A DNA stretch of 64,000 nt, taken from NCBI GenBank assembly GCA_002455275.1, contig DKKO01000006.1:50850-114849 (forward strand). Reading direction: 5' to 3'. The notes beneath the pieces were generated by a model that saw only the letters and a program-made list of their open reading frames with translations, was not told where the DNA came from and searched no databases. The position numbers were made by a program, and so were the translations under genes. This document shows, piece by piece, positions 17,988 to 27,312 of the stretch. The stretch comes from Candidatus Saccharibacteria bacterium UBA6664. Lineage in GTDB: Bacteria; Patescibacteriota; Saccharimonadia; Saccharimonadales; Saccharimonadaceae. The first letter of the stretch is position 1; each line of letters begins with the position of its first letter.

Positions 17988-19118
17988 GTGAAACGTACGG
18001 TTCGTCAACTCACGAGTTGGCTATACCTGTATGTTGTTAAACCCATACTATTTCAGCACAAACCGGACGGCGTGCATTCGTCGATGGTGCGACTTACGGC
18101 TTTGGTTCAACGTATTCCAGGGGTGCGAGTACTGCCAAAACTATGGGCATACCAAAACCGTGAGTATCTGGGTCAAACTATACACGGTGTATATTTTTCA
18201 AACCCAATTGGCTTAAGTGCCGGCTTTGATAAGCAAATTAGCATGGCGCGCATGATTAAGGCGGTTGGTTTTGGTTGGATGACGGGTGGATCGGTGACCT
18301 GGGGCGAATACAAAGGGAATGACGGTGCGTGGTTTTATCGGTTGCCAAAGTCGAAATCGTTGGTGGTAAATGCAGGTCTTCCGAGCGAAGGAACCGCCGT
18401 TGTAGCTCAACGGGTTTCTGCCTACAGTAAGCAAACTTTTAAGGATTTTCCTCTGTCTGTTTCGGTAGCAAAAACCAACTCAAAAGCGACTGCAACTGAC
18501 GATGAAGCGGTCGAAGATTACTGTGCGAGCTTGAAAGAATTTGATGCACTAAAAAACGTAAAAATGCTTGAGATTAATATAAGCTGTCCCAATACGTTTG
18601 GCGGCGAGCCGTTTACTACGAAGGCCCGGCTAGAGAAACTACTTTCGGCGGTAGACGCTTTGCAGCTCAAAAAACCAGTGTTTATTAAGATGCCAATAAA
18701 CTTACCAAAGAAGGAGTTCGATCAACTGCTAAAAGTTATCACCAAACACATGGTCACAGGTGTAACCATTGGAAACCTTTTTAAAGATCGTCGGGCAGCA
18801 AAGCTAGAGGATGTTTTACCAGAGTATATAAAAGGTAACTTAAGCGGAACGCCAACACGCGAGGTTACTACAGAGCTTATTCGACATACCTATAAAAAAT
18901 ACGGAGACAAGCTAACTATTATTGGTGTTGGCGGGGTAATGAATGCTGATGATGCGTACGAAAAAATCTGTGCCGGTGCTACATTGGTTGCACTCATTAC
19001 CGGGTTGATTTACGAGGGGCCCCAGCTAGCCGGCACGATAAACTACGATTTGGTGAAGAAATTGCGACGAGACGGCTTTAGTAATATATCGGAAGCTATT
19101 GGCAGCGAAAGTCACTAA
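17988..19118 (+). CDS. pyrD: Dihydroorotate dehydrogenase-like flavoenzyme (class-2-like scaffold)
   Basis: Class-2-like N-terminal extension and FSNPIGLSAGFDK. Active-site loop EINISCPNTFGG. C-terminal IIGVGGV. GTG start. Confidence 0.75.
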   Translation: MKRTVRQLTSWLYLYVVKPILFQHKPDGVHSSMVRLTALVQRIPGVRVLPKLWAYQNREYLGQTIHGVYFSNPIGLSAGFDKQISMARMIKAVGFGWMTGGSVTWGEYKGNDGAWFYRLPKSKSLVVNAGLPSEGTAVVAQRVSAYSKQTFKDFPLSVSVAKTNSKATATDDEAVEDYCASLKEFDALKNVKMLEINISCPNTFGGEPFTTKARLEKLLSAVDALQLKKPVFIKMPINLPKKEFDQLLKVITKHMVTGVTIGNLFKDRRAAKLEDVLPEYIKGNLSGTPTREVTTELIRHTYKKYGDKLTIIGVGGVMNADDAYEKICAGATLVALITGLIYEGPQLAGTINYDLVKKLRRDGFSNISEAIGSESH

Positions 19119-19183
19119 TTGTTTGTGTATAAAACAAGGAGTATAATAAAGGTACAACATCCTTAAACAAAAAGGAGGGGTAC

Positions 19184-19558
19184 GTGATTCAATCTATCAG
19201 CGTAACAGGAGTTCGACTAGACCTCGACGACACAACAAAAAAATACGTAGAAAAAAAGATTGGACGGCTCGACAGATTCTTGCCTCGGCATGCGCGAAAA
19301 AGCGCAACGGCTGAGGTTATTTTAAAAGAAGTTAATCGCAGCCACGGCAACAAATATGAAGCCGAGGTAGTGCTTCGCGTGCCAGAGAAGCAGCTTACTG
19401 CAAAAGATTCTACCTTGAACGTTCTAGCGGCGGTAGATATCGTCGAAGCAAAGCTTTCTGGCCAATTACGAAAGTACAAAGAGACTCATACTGCACACGA
19501 AGGCAAGAGTCGCCGAATGCTTAGTCGATTCAAACGAAGCTACGCGCGCGAACAGTAA
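19184..19558 (+). CDS. hpf: Ribosome hibernation promoting factor / RaiA family (short form)
   Basis: 124 aa with an S30AE-type N-terminus (ISVTGVRLDLDDTTKKYVEKKIGRLDRF). SD AAGGAGGGG precedes the GTG start. Confidence 0.85.
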   Translation: MIQSISVTGVRLDLDDTTKKYVEKKIGRLDRFLPRHARKSATAEVILKEVNRSHGNKYEAEVVLRVPEKQLTAKDSTLNVLAAVDIVEAKLSGQLRKYKETHTAHEGKSRRMLSRFKRSYAREQ

Positions 19559-19653
19559 TAAAACTTCTTCCGACCTCTTTTATATATACTTGAAACAGAG
19601 TATAATATGTAGAAGTTTAGACAGAAATTTCCAAGAAGTAGAGGGACGAGAAC

Positions 19654-22284
19654 ATGCCTACATTGAACCGGCAAAAGGTTTTAACAAAGATTTTTGGTGA
19701 CCCGCAGAAGCGGATTGTAAAGGGTCTTCAGAAAAAAGTAACCGCAGTTAATCAGCTCGAGGACAAATACAAAAAAATGTCCAAACCAGAGTTGAAAAAG
19801 CAAACCGACGTATTGAAAAAACGTCTGGCAAAGAAAGGCACCAAGCTTGACGATTTATTGCCAGATGCATTTGCATTGGTGCGCGAAGCAAGCGACCGCG
19901 TGCTTGGCATGCGGCACTTCGATGTGCAGCTAATCGGTGGTATGGCTCTGCACGAAGGTAATGTTGCAGAAATGAAAACCGGTGAAGGTAAAACGTTGGT
20001 GGCAACGCTACCGGTGTATTTGAATGCGCTGGAAGGCAAGGGTGTACACGTGGTAACAGTGAATGATTACTTGGCACAACGTGACGCCGGTTGGAATGGT
20101 GAACTCTACGACTTTCTTGGGTTATCGACTGGCTGTATTATCAACGACGCATCCTTTTTGTACGACAAAGATTACGACAATGAAGCTCACGACGATCCGC
20201 GTATGCGTAAATTACGTCCTTGTACCCGTAAAGAGGCCTATGCTGCAGATGTAACGTACGGCACCAATAACGAATTCGGGTTTGATTACTTGCGCGACAA
20301 CATGGTGGATGATGTCGAATTGCTTCGCCAACGCGAGCTGAACTTTGCGATTGTCGACGAGGTAGACTCGATTCTTATCGACGAGGCACGAACACCGCTT
20401 ATTATTAGTGCACCTGCTGCAGAAAACCCGGATAGCTACTACCAGTTTGCGAAAGTTGCTGCCAAATTAGTGCCTGAGGATTACATTTTCGACGAAAAGC
20501 GACGGAGTGTTTCGTTGAGCGATGAAGGTGTTGATCGCGTACAAAAAATGTTGGGTATAAAAAACTTATTCACCCCAGAATATGTTCGAACTGTCTATCA
20601 CCTTGACCAAGCCCTAAAAGCACAGGTAGTATTTCAGCGAGATAAAGACTACGTAGTAACCAATGATGGTGAAGTGATTATCGTCGACGAGCACACTGGT
20701 CGTTTAATGCAGGGCCGTCGCTATAACGAAGGCCTGCACCAAGCAATTGAAGCCAAAGAAGGCGTGGCCGTGCTCCAGGAAAGCATGACTCTTGCGACGA
20801 TTTCATTCCAGAACTATTTCCGTTTGTACAACAAATTGAGTGGTATGACCGGAACTGCATTTACCGAGGCAGAAGAGTTTCAACAGATCTACAGCCTCGA
20901 CGTGGTACAGATCCCATCTAATCGGCCCGTTATTCGCGACGACAAAGATGATTTGATTTTCAAGACTGAAAAAGGCAAGTTAAAAGCTGTTGCTGAAGCG
21001 ATAAAAGTACACCACGAAGCAGGCCGTCCAGTGTTGGTAGGTTCTGCATCGATTGCAAAGAACGAGCTTATCGCTGCATGGCTCGACAAAGAAAAGATCC
21101 CTTATGAGATATTGAACGCGAAGAACAACGAACGTGAGGCGGCAATTGTTGCTAAGGCTGGTGAAAAAGGCGCGATTACGCTTGCGACAAACATCGCAGG
21201 TCGTGGTACCGATATCAAACTTGCTCCTGGGGTAAAAGAACTCGGTGGTCTCGTGGTAATCGGTAGTGAGCGTCACGAATCCCGTCGTATCGATAACCAG
21301 CTTCGTGGTCGTGGTGGACGACAGGGAGACCCTGGTGAAACACAATTCTTCGTAAGTACCGAAGACGATCTGATGCGTATTTTCCAAGGTGAACGAATTG
21401 CAAGCCTGATGGATCGACTGGGTGTCGACGAAGAAACGCCAATTCAAAACAAAGCTGTTTCTCGTACACTTGAAGCTGCTCAAAAACGCGTGGAGGGCTA
21501 CCACTTTGATACACGTAAAAACGTGGTGCAATACGACAACGTGATTAATCGACATCGACGTGTGGTATACACGATGCGCCGCAAGATTCTTGAAGGCGAC
21601 AACATCAAGCCAGAGATAGAACGACTTCTACAAGAAAAAATTCGTGAATTAACTGTATTACCAGCCCGTAATAACCCGAATTTCTTTGATGAATTCGAAG
21701 CAGTCTTCGCTGCGGCGAAAACAACTGAGCTAGAAGAGATTGGTGCAATTAAAAAAGATAAAGCTCGCTTTGATACAGCGCTCGAATTCGCACAGAAAAT
21801 GTATGATGACAAAGAAAAAGAGATTGAATCTGACGCATTACGCCGAGTAGAGCGAGATGTCTACCTACAAGTGCTTGATACATTGTGGATGCAACACCTT
21901 GAAAACATGCAGCACCTTCGAGATGGAATTCACTGGCGAAGTGTTGGCCAGCGTGATCCGTTGGTTGAATACCGTAGCGAGTCTCAAAAATTATTTGATG
22001 GCTTGCAGGCAAACCTGCGAGATGAAGTACTTCGAGCGGTTATGCACGTACATAGGCACGATGCAATTGCGTCTGGTGATGAACAACACGATACTGAACT
22101 TACTCGACTTGCAGAAACATCTGTTGAACGTGGTGTTAACGAAATCGACAGTGGTGAAGTAAACCGTGATGACGACTTTAAGGTAACGAAAGTAAAAAGT
22201 AACGCCGAGCTGAATCGACAGAAAAACGCAGCTCGCAAGAAGAAAAAGTCACAACGACAAAACCGTAAAAAAGGCCGTAAGTAA
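19654..22284 (+). CDS. secA: Preprotein translocase ATPase SecA
   Basis: 876 aa. Motifs MKTGEGKTLVATLP, DEVDSILIDEARTPLIIS and TNIAGRGTDIKL. Lys/Arg-rich C-terminal tail without Cys. Confidence 0.97.
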   Translation: MPTLNRQKVLTKIFGDPQKRIVKGLQKKVTAVNQLEDKYKKMSKPELKKQTDVLKKRLAKKGTKLDDLLPDAFALVREASDRVLGMRHFDVQLIGGMALHEGNVAEMKTGEGKTLVATLPVYLNALEGKGVHVVTVNDYLAQRDAGWNGELYDFLGLSTGCIINDASFLYDKDYDNEAHDDPRMRKLRPCTRKEAYAADVTYGTNNEFGFDYLRDNMVDDVELLRQRELNFAIVDEVDSILIDEARTPLIISAPAAENPDSYYQFAKVAAKLVPEDYIFDEKRRSVSLSDEGVDRVQKMLGIKNLFTPEYVRTVYHLDQALKAQVVFQRDKDYVVTNDGEVIIVDEHTGRLMQGRRYNEGLHQAIEAKEGVAVLQESMTLATISFQNYFRLYNKLSGMTGTAFTEAEEFQQIYSLDVVQIPSNRPVIRDDKDDLIFKTEKGKLKAVAEAIKVHHEAGRPVLVGSASIAKNELIAAWLDKEKIPYEILNAKNNEREAAIVAKAGEKGAITLATNIAGRGTDIKLAPGVKELGGLVVIGSERHESRRIDNQLRGRGGRQGDPGETQFFVSTEDDLMRIFQGERIASLMDRLGVDEETPIQNKAVSRTLEAAQKRVEGYHFDTRKNVVQYDNVINRHRRVVYTMRRKILEGDNIKPEIERLLQEKIRELTVLPARNNPNFFDEFEAVFAAAKTTELEEIGAIKKDKARFDTALEFAQKMYDDKEKEIESDALRRVERDVYLQVLDTLWMQHLENMQHLRDGIHWRSVGQRDPLVEYRSESQKLFDGLQANLRDEVLRAVMHVHRHDAIASGDEQHDTELTRLAETSVERGVNEIDSGEVNRDDDFKVTKVKSNAELNRQKNAARKKKKSQRQNRKKGRK

Positions 22285-22314
22285 CTAAACTCTGTGGGCA
22301 GAAAGTAAAACTAC

Positions 22315-23601
22315 GTGAAACATACAACGCAGGAAGTTAAGTTGAAAAATGGCGCAAGCGGACTATTGATAGACGTACCTGGCGCAACCGTAATGAGTTT
22401 TCAATTCCAGTTTCGTGCCGGCAACCGCTACACGAAAAATAAAGACATCTACGAAACCGCGCACATCATGGAACACATGGCCTTTGGCGCGAACGCTCAG
22501 TTTAAAAGCGAGCACGAATACGAAGCAGAGTTTACGAAAAACGGTGCGTACCACAATGCCTATACCTCAGACTTAAGTATGGTGTATGTGGCGGACTGCG
22601 CAGATTTTGAGTGGGAACGGATTTTGCAGCTTCAGCAAGTAGCAATCTGTCAGCCACGATTTAGCGAAGAAGAATTAGAAGCCGAAAAGGGAAATGTACG
22701 CAGCGAATTAACCGGATTTTTGAACAATCACAATCGTGTGCTTTGGCCAAAAATTCAACAAATGCTGGGTGAGGATACGCTTACATTTTGGCAGCGGCTT
22801 CAAACAATTAGTAACGTTAGCCTTGCCGACATCAAAGAGCATCACAAGCGTACTCACACCGCCAAGAACATGCGCTTTGTCATCGCCGGAAAGTTGCACG
22901 GCCGAAAAAGTGAAATTATTCGGCAACTTGAAACGTGGGAACTACGCGAAGGCGAACGATTTAGCGTACCGCGCGATGAGCTTTCAAGTGGAAACGCTAC
23001 TCTCATTCGCCGCAAAGAAGCATCAAACCTTACGTTTGGTTTGAGCATGATGGTGCCACGCGAAATTAGCGACGATGAATCTGACGCGATGGACGCACTT
23101 GATCATATTCTTACTGGTACAACACACTCACGTATTTTCGGAGCTGCTCGTGCTAAAGGTTTGGCGTATCACATGTTCTCTGATACGTCTGCTGGTTTTC
23201 ATGATAGTAGCTGGGACTTTGGTGGTCAGGTGAATCTTGAAACCGCAGGTCCGCTATTTGACATCATCGTGCGAGAAATTCAGTGCGTGCTAGACGGAAA
23301 AATTACTGAAAAAGAACTTGAAGCTGCCAAGTCATATGCGCTTGGTCGTCACCAAATGGGTGCACAAACCGTATCGCAAATTAGCAATTTTTATACCAAT
23401 CGTTATTTTGCCGATGGTGTAGTAAAAGATTATGAAAAAGTGCCACATGCCATCAATCACATTACCCGCGACTTAATGATGACAACGGCTCATTCGTTTA
23501 TCGCACATGGCACGTGGGTGCTGGCAGGTGTAAGCAGCGGTGAAAAGCAAGACATTGTAGAACTAGCAGAAAAGTTCGACACATTATTTCATCAGGCGTA
23601 A
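22315..23601 (+). CDS. M16 (pitrilysin/insulinase) family zinc peptidase
   Basis: Inverted zinc motif HIMEH (HxxEH). 428 aa. GTG start. Confidence 0.8.
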   Translation: MKHTTQEVKLKNGASGLLIDVPGATVMSFQFQFRAGNRYTKNKDIYETAHIMEHMAFGANAQFKSEHEYEAEFTKNGAYHNAYTSDLSMVYVADCADFEWERILQLQQVAICQPRFSEEELEAEKGNVRSELTGFLNNHNRVLWPKIQQMLGEDTLTFWQRLQTISNVSLADIKEHHKRTHTAKNMRFVIAGKLHGRKSEIIRQLETWELREGERFSVPRDELSSGNATLIRRKEASNLTFGLSMMVPREISDDESDAMDALDHILTGTTHSRIFGAARAKGLAYHMFSDTSAGFHDSSWDFGGQVNLETAGPLFDIIVREIQCVLDGKITEKELEAAKSYALGRHQMGAQTVSQISNFYTNRYFADGVVKDYEKVPHAINHITRDLMMTTAHSFIAHGTWVLAGVSSGEKQDIVELAEKFDTLFHQA

Positions 23602-23610
23602 ACTAGCAGT

Positions 23611-24909
23611 ATGAGGATAGCGATTGCAGGGTTTGGGAAAGAGGGCAGGGCTAACTACGACTATTGGAATACACCCGACAACGAACTGACAATTGTAGAT
23701 GAACGTGAGCAGCTGACTGACCTTCCGACTGGAGCTGCAACCATACTGGGCGAAGGCGCATTCGGCAAACTAGCCGAATTTGATATGGTAGTGCGAACAG
23801 CCAGTCTTCGGCCAGACAAAATTGTAACCAATGGTAAGATTTGGAGCGCTACGAACGAATTCTTCGCTAAATGTGAAGCGCCAATCATTGGAGTAACAGG
23901 TACAAAGGGTAAGGGAACAACTTGTAGTTTAATCGCGAGTATTCTTAGAGCTGCAGGCAAAACCGTGCACTTGGTAGGTAATATCGGAGTGCCTGCACTA
24001 GCCGAACTAAATAATATACAGGCCACTGATATTGTAGTGTTTGAGGCAAGTAGCTTTCAGCTATGGGATATCGAGAAGTCACCGCAAACAGCCGTTGTAC
24101 TAAAAGTAGAGCAAGACCATATGGACGTGCATCACGGCATGGAAGAATACATTACCGCTAAAGCCCAGATAGTTCGCTACATGACCAGCGACCAAACGGT
24201 ATACTACCACCCAACGTACCAATTTTCTCGACGAATCGCGACCATGTATGAAACTGCGAAAGCAAAGCGCTACGGTATAAAAGACGACAGCGCTGCGTAT
24301 GTTTCTGACGGGTCATTTATGCAAAACGACGCTGTAATCTGTTCGCTTAAGACAATGCAAATTCCGGGCGAGCACAACATTGAGAATGCTTGTGCGGCAA
24401 TTTCTGCGAGCCTTGAATATACGCAAGATTTTCAGGCGATTGAACAAGGCTTACGGAACTTTGACGGGCTTCCACATCGACTTAAGTTTATTCGTGAAGT
24501 AAATGGTGTGCGCTACTTCGATGATAGTTATTCATCTGCTCCAGCAGCAGCCATTGCTGCTGTCCGAGCGCATAGCGAGCCGCAAATTATATTACTTGGT
24601 GGTTACGACAAAGGTGCATCCTACGAAGAACTCGCACGTGAAATAAAGCAAAGTAGCGTCAAACATGCCGTGCTCTATGGCCAAACACGCCAAGCAATTC
24701 GTGACGCACTAGTGGGGGCAGGCTTAAGTGACGGTACCAGCTTTAGTGTGCTTGATAGTACGAACTTCGAAGAAATTGTAAATTTTGCGGTATCGAAAGC
24801 AGAGCCAGGTGACGTCGTGGTGCTGAGCCCGGCTTGTGCGAGCTTCGACATGTTCACAAATTTTACCGAACGTGGTGAGAAATTTATCGCAATCGTTGAA
24901 GAGCTATGA
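23611..24909 (+). CDS. murD: UDP-N-acetylmuramoyl-L-alanine--glutamate ligase (MurD family; the D- versus L-Glu specificity is unresolved)
   Basis: Mur ligase P-loop GVTGTKGKGTT, C-terminal domain, MurD-like N-terminus (IAIAGFGKEG). Confidence 0.88.
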   Translation: MRIAIAGFGKEGRANYDYWNTPDNELTIVDEREQLTDLPTGAATILGEGAFGKLAEFDMVVRTASLRPDKIVTNGKIWSATNEFFAKCEAPIIGVTGTKGKGTTCSLIASILRAAGKTVHLVGNIGVPALAELNNIQATDIVVFEASSFQLWDIEKSPQTAVVLKVEQDHMDVHHGMEEYITAKAQIVRYMTSDQTVYYHPTYQFSRRIATMYETAKAKRYGIKDDSAAYVSDGSFMQNDAVICSLKTMQIPGEHNIENACAAISASLEYTQDFQAIEQGLRNFDGLPHRLKFIREVNGVRYFDDSYSSAPAAAIAAVRAHSEPQIILLGGYDKGASYEELAREIKQSSVKHAVLYGQTRQAIRDALVGAGLSDGTSFSVLDSTNFEEIVNFAVSKAEPGDVVVLSPACASFDMFTNFTERGEKFIAIVEEL

Positions 24910-26186
24910 GCTACAAATCACCATACCAAGCATTCGTATTTGAATCATATAGCTATGACAGCACAACAGGCGTAGCCGAGTTCCATTATAGCTTCGACGA
25001 GCAACGAGAGTTTGTAGAGCAAGTTACGTTTTCGGCGTCGTCGCACTACGATGAAATAGCCCTTGAGAACGCCTTGCAGTTGGCGTTCATACTTGCTGGG
25101 GTTTCATACTATAAAGCATTTCCTACGCAGAGAGTAATCGTAAAAAACGCTAGTTTTACAGAGGAACAAGCCGCTTACTTTACTACTGTATATCACCAAG
25201 GCCTGAGCCAATTTGTGTACGAGAATGGCCTTAATCCGAATGATATTGCCGGCTTTGAGGCAACGACAACTGGGCCTACAGCAAAGGCGGAATACACTGG
25301 CGATGGTACGCTACTACTACAGAGTGGGGGAAAAGACTCATTATTACTTGCTCAGCTACTTCAGTCAAAAAATATTTCTTATACACCTTGGTATATTTCA
25401 CAGTCAGCCTCAATACCCGAAGTAATAAAAACTCTACCGTATGAAGTATCACACCCAATTCGTCAGGTAGACGTGGAGGCGCTGAAAGCCGCAAACCAAG
25501 ATGGCGCGCTGAACGGGCATGTGCCAATAACGGCAATCTTACAAACTTATGCGGTAATCGACGCAATTTTACAGGGCAAAAATACGGTGCTTGCTGCAAT
25601 TGGGCACGAAGGTGAAGAACCACATGCGCGCATAGGTGACTATGCCGTAACCCACCAATGGTCAAAAACTTGGCCTGCCGAACAACTACTTCAGTCATAC
25701 GTTGAGAAATATGTTGGCGTGATTCGAGTTGGTTCCCCGCTACGTGCCTACAGCGAGTTAAAAGTTGCAAAGTTGTTTGTTGAATATTGCTGGGAAAAGT
25801 ACGGACGGCAATTCTCGTCATGTAATGTGGCAAACTACCAGCTAGGACACGATAATCACAACCTAAACTGGTGTGGAACTTGCCCAAAGTGCGCCAACAG
25901 CTTCTTACTTTTTGCAGCGTTTGTTGATGGAGGCGAACTAGAAAGTGTATTTTCTGAAAATCTATTCAAAAAACCTGAGCTATCAGAGTATTTTAAAGGT
26001 TTGTTGGGCATAGATGGAGTAATGAAGCCATTTGAATGTGTTGGCGAAGTAGATGAGCTTCGGGCAGCCTACCACTTAGCCTTGGCTCAAGGCTATGATG
26101 GCCTTGCGTTTGATGTGCCATCTAGCACGTTTGATATGGATGCAGAGTACCCGGCGCAAGCATGGGCTCTACAGATGATACAATAA
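24906..26186 (+). CDS. PP-loop (SGGKDS) ATP-pyrophosphatase-fold protein, candidate MurL-type UDP-MurNAc-L-Ala-L-Glu epimerase
   Basis: 426 aa. PP-loop LLLQSGGKDSLL. ATGA overlap with murD. Cys-rich CGTCPKC segment. The MurL assignment is an inference from gene context plus the adenylating fold. Confidence 0.45.
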   Translation: MSYKSPYQAFVFESYSYDSTTGVAEFHYSFDEQREFVEQVTFSASSHYDEIALENALQLAFILAGVSYYKAFPTQRVIVKNASFTEEQAAYFTTVYHQGLSQFVYENGLNPNDIAGFEATTTGPTAKAEYTGDGTLLLQSGGKDSLLLAQLLQSKNISYTPWYISQSASIPEVIKTLPYEVSHPIRQVDVEALKAANQDGALNGHVPITAILQTYAVIDAILQGKNTVLAAIGHEGEEPHARIGDYAVTHQWSKTWPAEQLLQSYVEKYVGVIRVGSPLRAYSELKVAKLFVEYCWEKYGRQFSSCNVANYQLGHDNHNLNWCGTCPKCANSFLLFAAFVDGGELESVFSENLFKKPELSEYFKGLLGIDGVMKPFECVGEVDELRAAYHLALAQGYDGLAFDVPSSTFDMDAEYPAQAWALQMIQ

Positions 26187-26193
26187 AACAGTA

Positions 26194-27267
26194 ATGCAAC
26201 CACTTGAAAAACGTACTCAGGCTCTGGCAAGCGATGTCCAAGCTGCCATGGAGCGCCTACGACTTAGTGAAAAACGTGCCCAGCTTGCAAAGCTCGACGA
26301 TGAGCTGGCCGTTCCTGAAATTTGGCATAATCCAACGCATGCGCAAGACATAAGCAAGCAAGCGGCTAGTTTGCGAATGCAGATAGAACCATGGGACGTG
26401 CTACATGCACAGCTAGCGGACATCGCTGAACTAATTGAACTTGGCGATGCTTCCATGCAGGCAGAGTTTGAAACGCAGCTCGATGCACTCGAAAGTGAGT
26501 TTGCTGCTCGTAAGAAAGAACTATTATTCAACGGCAAATATGATGACCATAACGCAATTTTGCGCATTACCGCTGGCGTAGGTGGTACCGACGCACAGGA
26601 CTGGGCTGAGATGTGCGAGCGTATGTATCTTCGCTGGGCTGAGAAAGCTGGCATGGAAACCAAGCTTGTTGAACGATCAACTGGTGAAGAAGCCGGTATA
26701 AAAACATCAGTAATTGAAGTAGTAGGGCCGTATGCCTATGGAAAACTACGCTCTGAACATGGCGTGCATCGGCTGGTTCGCTTGAGTCCGTTCAATAGCG
26801 ATAATTTGCGACAAACCAGCTTTGCGCTCGTGGAAGTATTGCCGCAAATCGATGCACCGGACGAAGTGCAATTAGAGGAAAAAGATTTAAAAATTGATGT
26901 GTACCGCGCAGGTGGTCATGGTGGACAAAGCGTTAATACGACAGATAGCGCGGTTCGGGTAACCCATTTGCCAACGAATATTGTCGTAGCCATTCAAAAT
27001 GAACGAAGTCAACTACAAAACAAAGAAACCGCCTTGAAGATTCTGCGCTCGAAGCTTGCACAATTACAAATTGAACAGCACGCCGAAAGTCTAAGCGAAC
27101 TAAAAGCAGGCGAGAGTGCAAACTGGGGAAGTCAAATTCGTAACTATGTACTGCACCCATACACTTTGGTAAAAGATACTCGTACAAAGTATGAAGATAA
27201 CGACGCAAAATCGGTGCTGGACGGCAAACTCGACGAATTTATGGTGGCGTACCTAGAGCAACCCTAA
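26194..27267 (+). CDS. prfB: Peptide chain release factor 2 (contiguous ORF, no +1 frameshift site)
   Basis: SPF tripeptide (VRLSPFNS) and GGQ (AGGHGGQSVN). 357 aa from a single ORF. Confidence 0.93.
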   Translation: MQPLEKRTQALASDVQAAMERLRLSEKRAQLAKLDDELAVPEIWHNPTHAQDISKQAASLRMQIEPWDVLHAQLADIAELIELGDASMQAEFETQLDALESEFAARKKELLFNGKYDDHNAILRITAGVGGTDAQDWAEMCERMYLRWAEKAGMETKLVERSTGEEAGIKTSVIEVVGPYAYGKLRSEHGVHRLVRLSPFNSDNLRQTSFALVEVLPQIDAPDEVQLEEKDLKIDVYRAGGHGGQSVNTTDSAVRVTHLPTNIVVAIQNERSQLQNKETALKILRSKLAQLQIEQHAESLSELKAGESANWGSQIRNYVLHPYTLVKDTRTKYEDNDAKSVLDGKLDEFMVAYLEQP

Positions 27268-27312
27268 CTAATTTCTGCTATAGTTAAGCCAGAAACGTAA
27301 GCGGGAATAACT

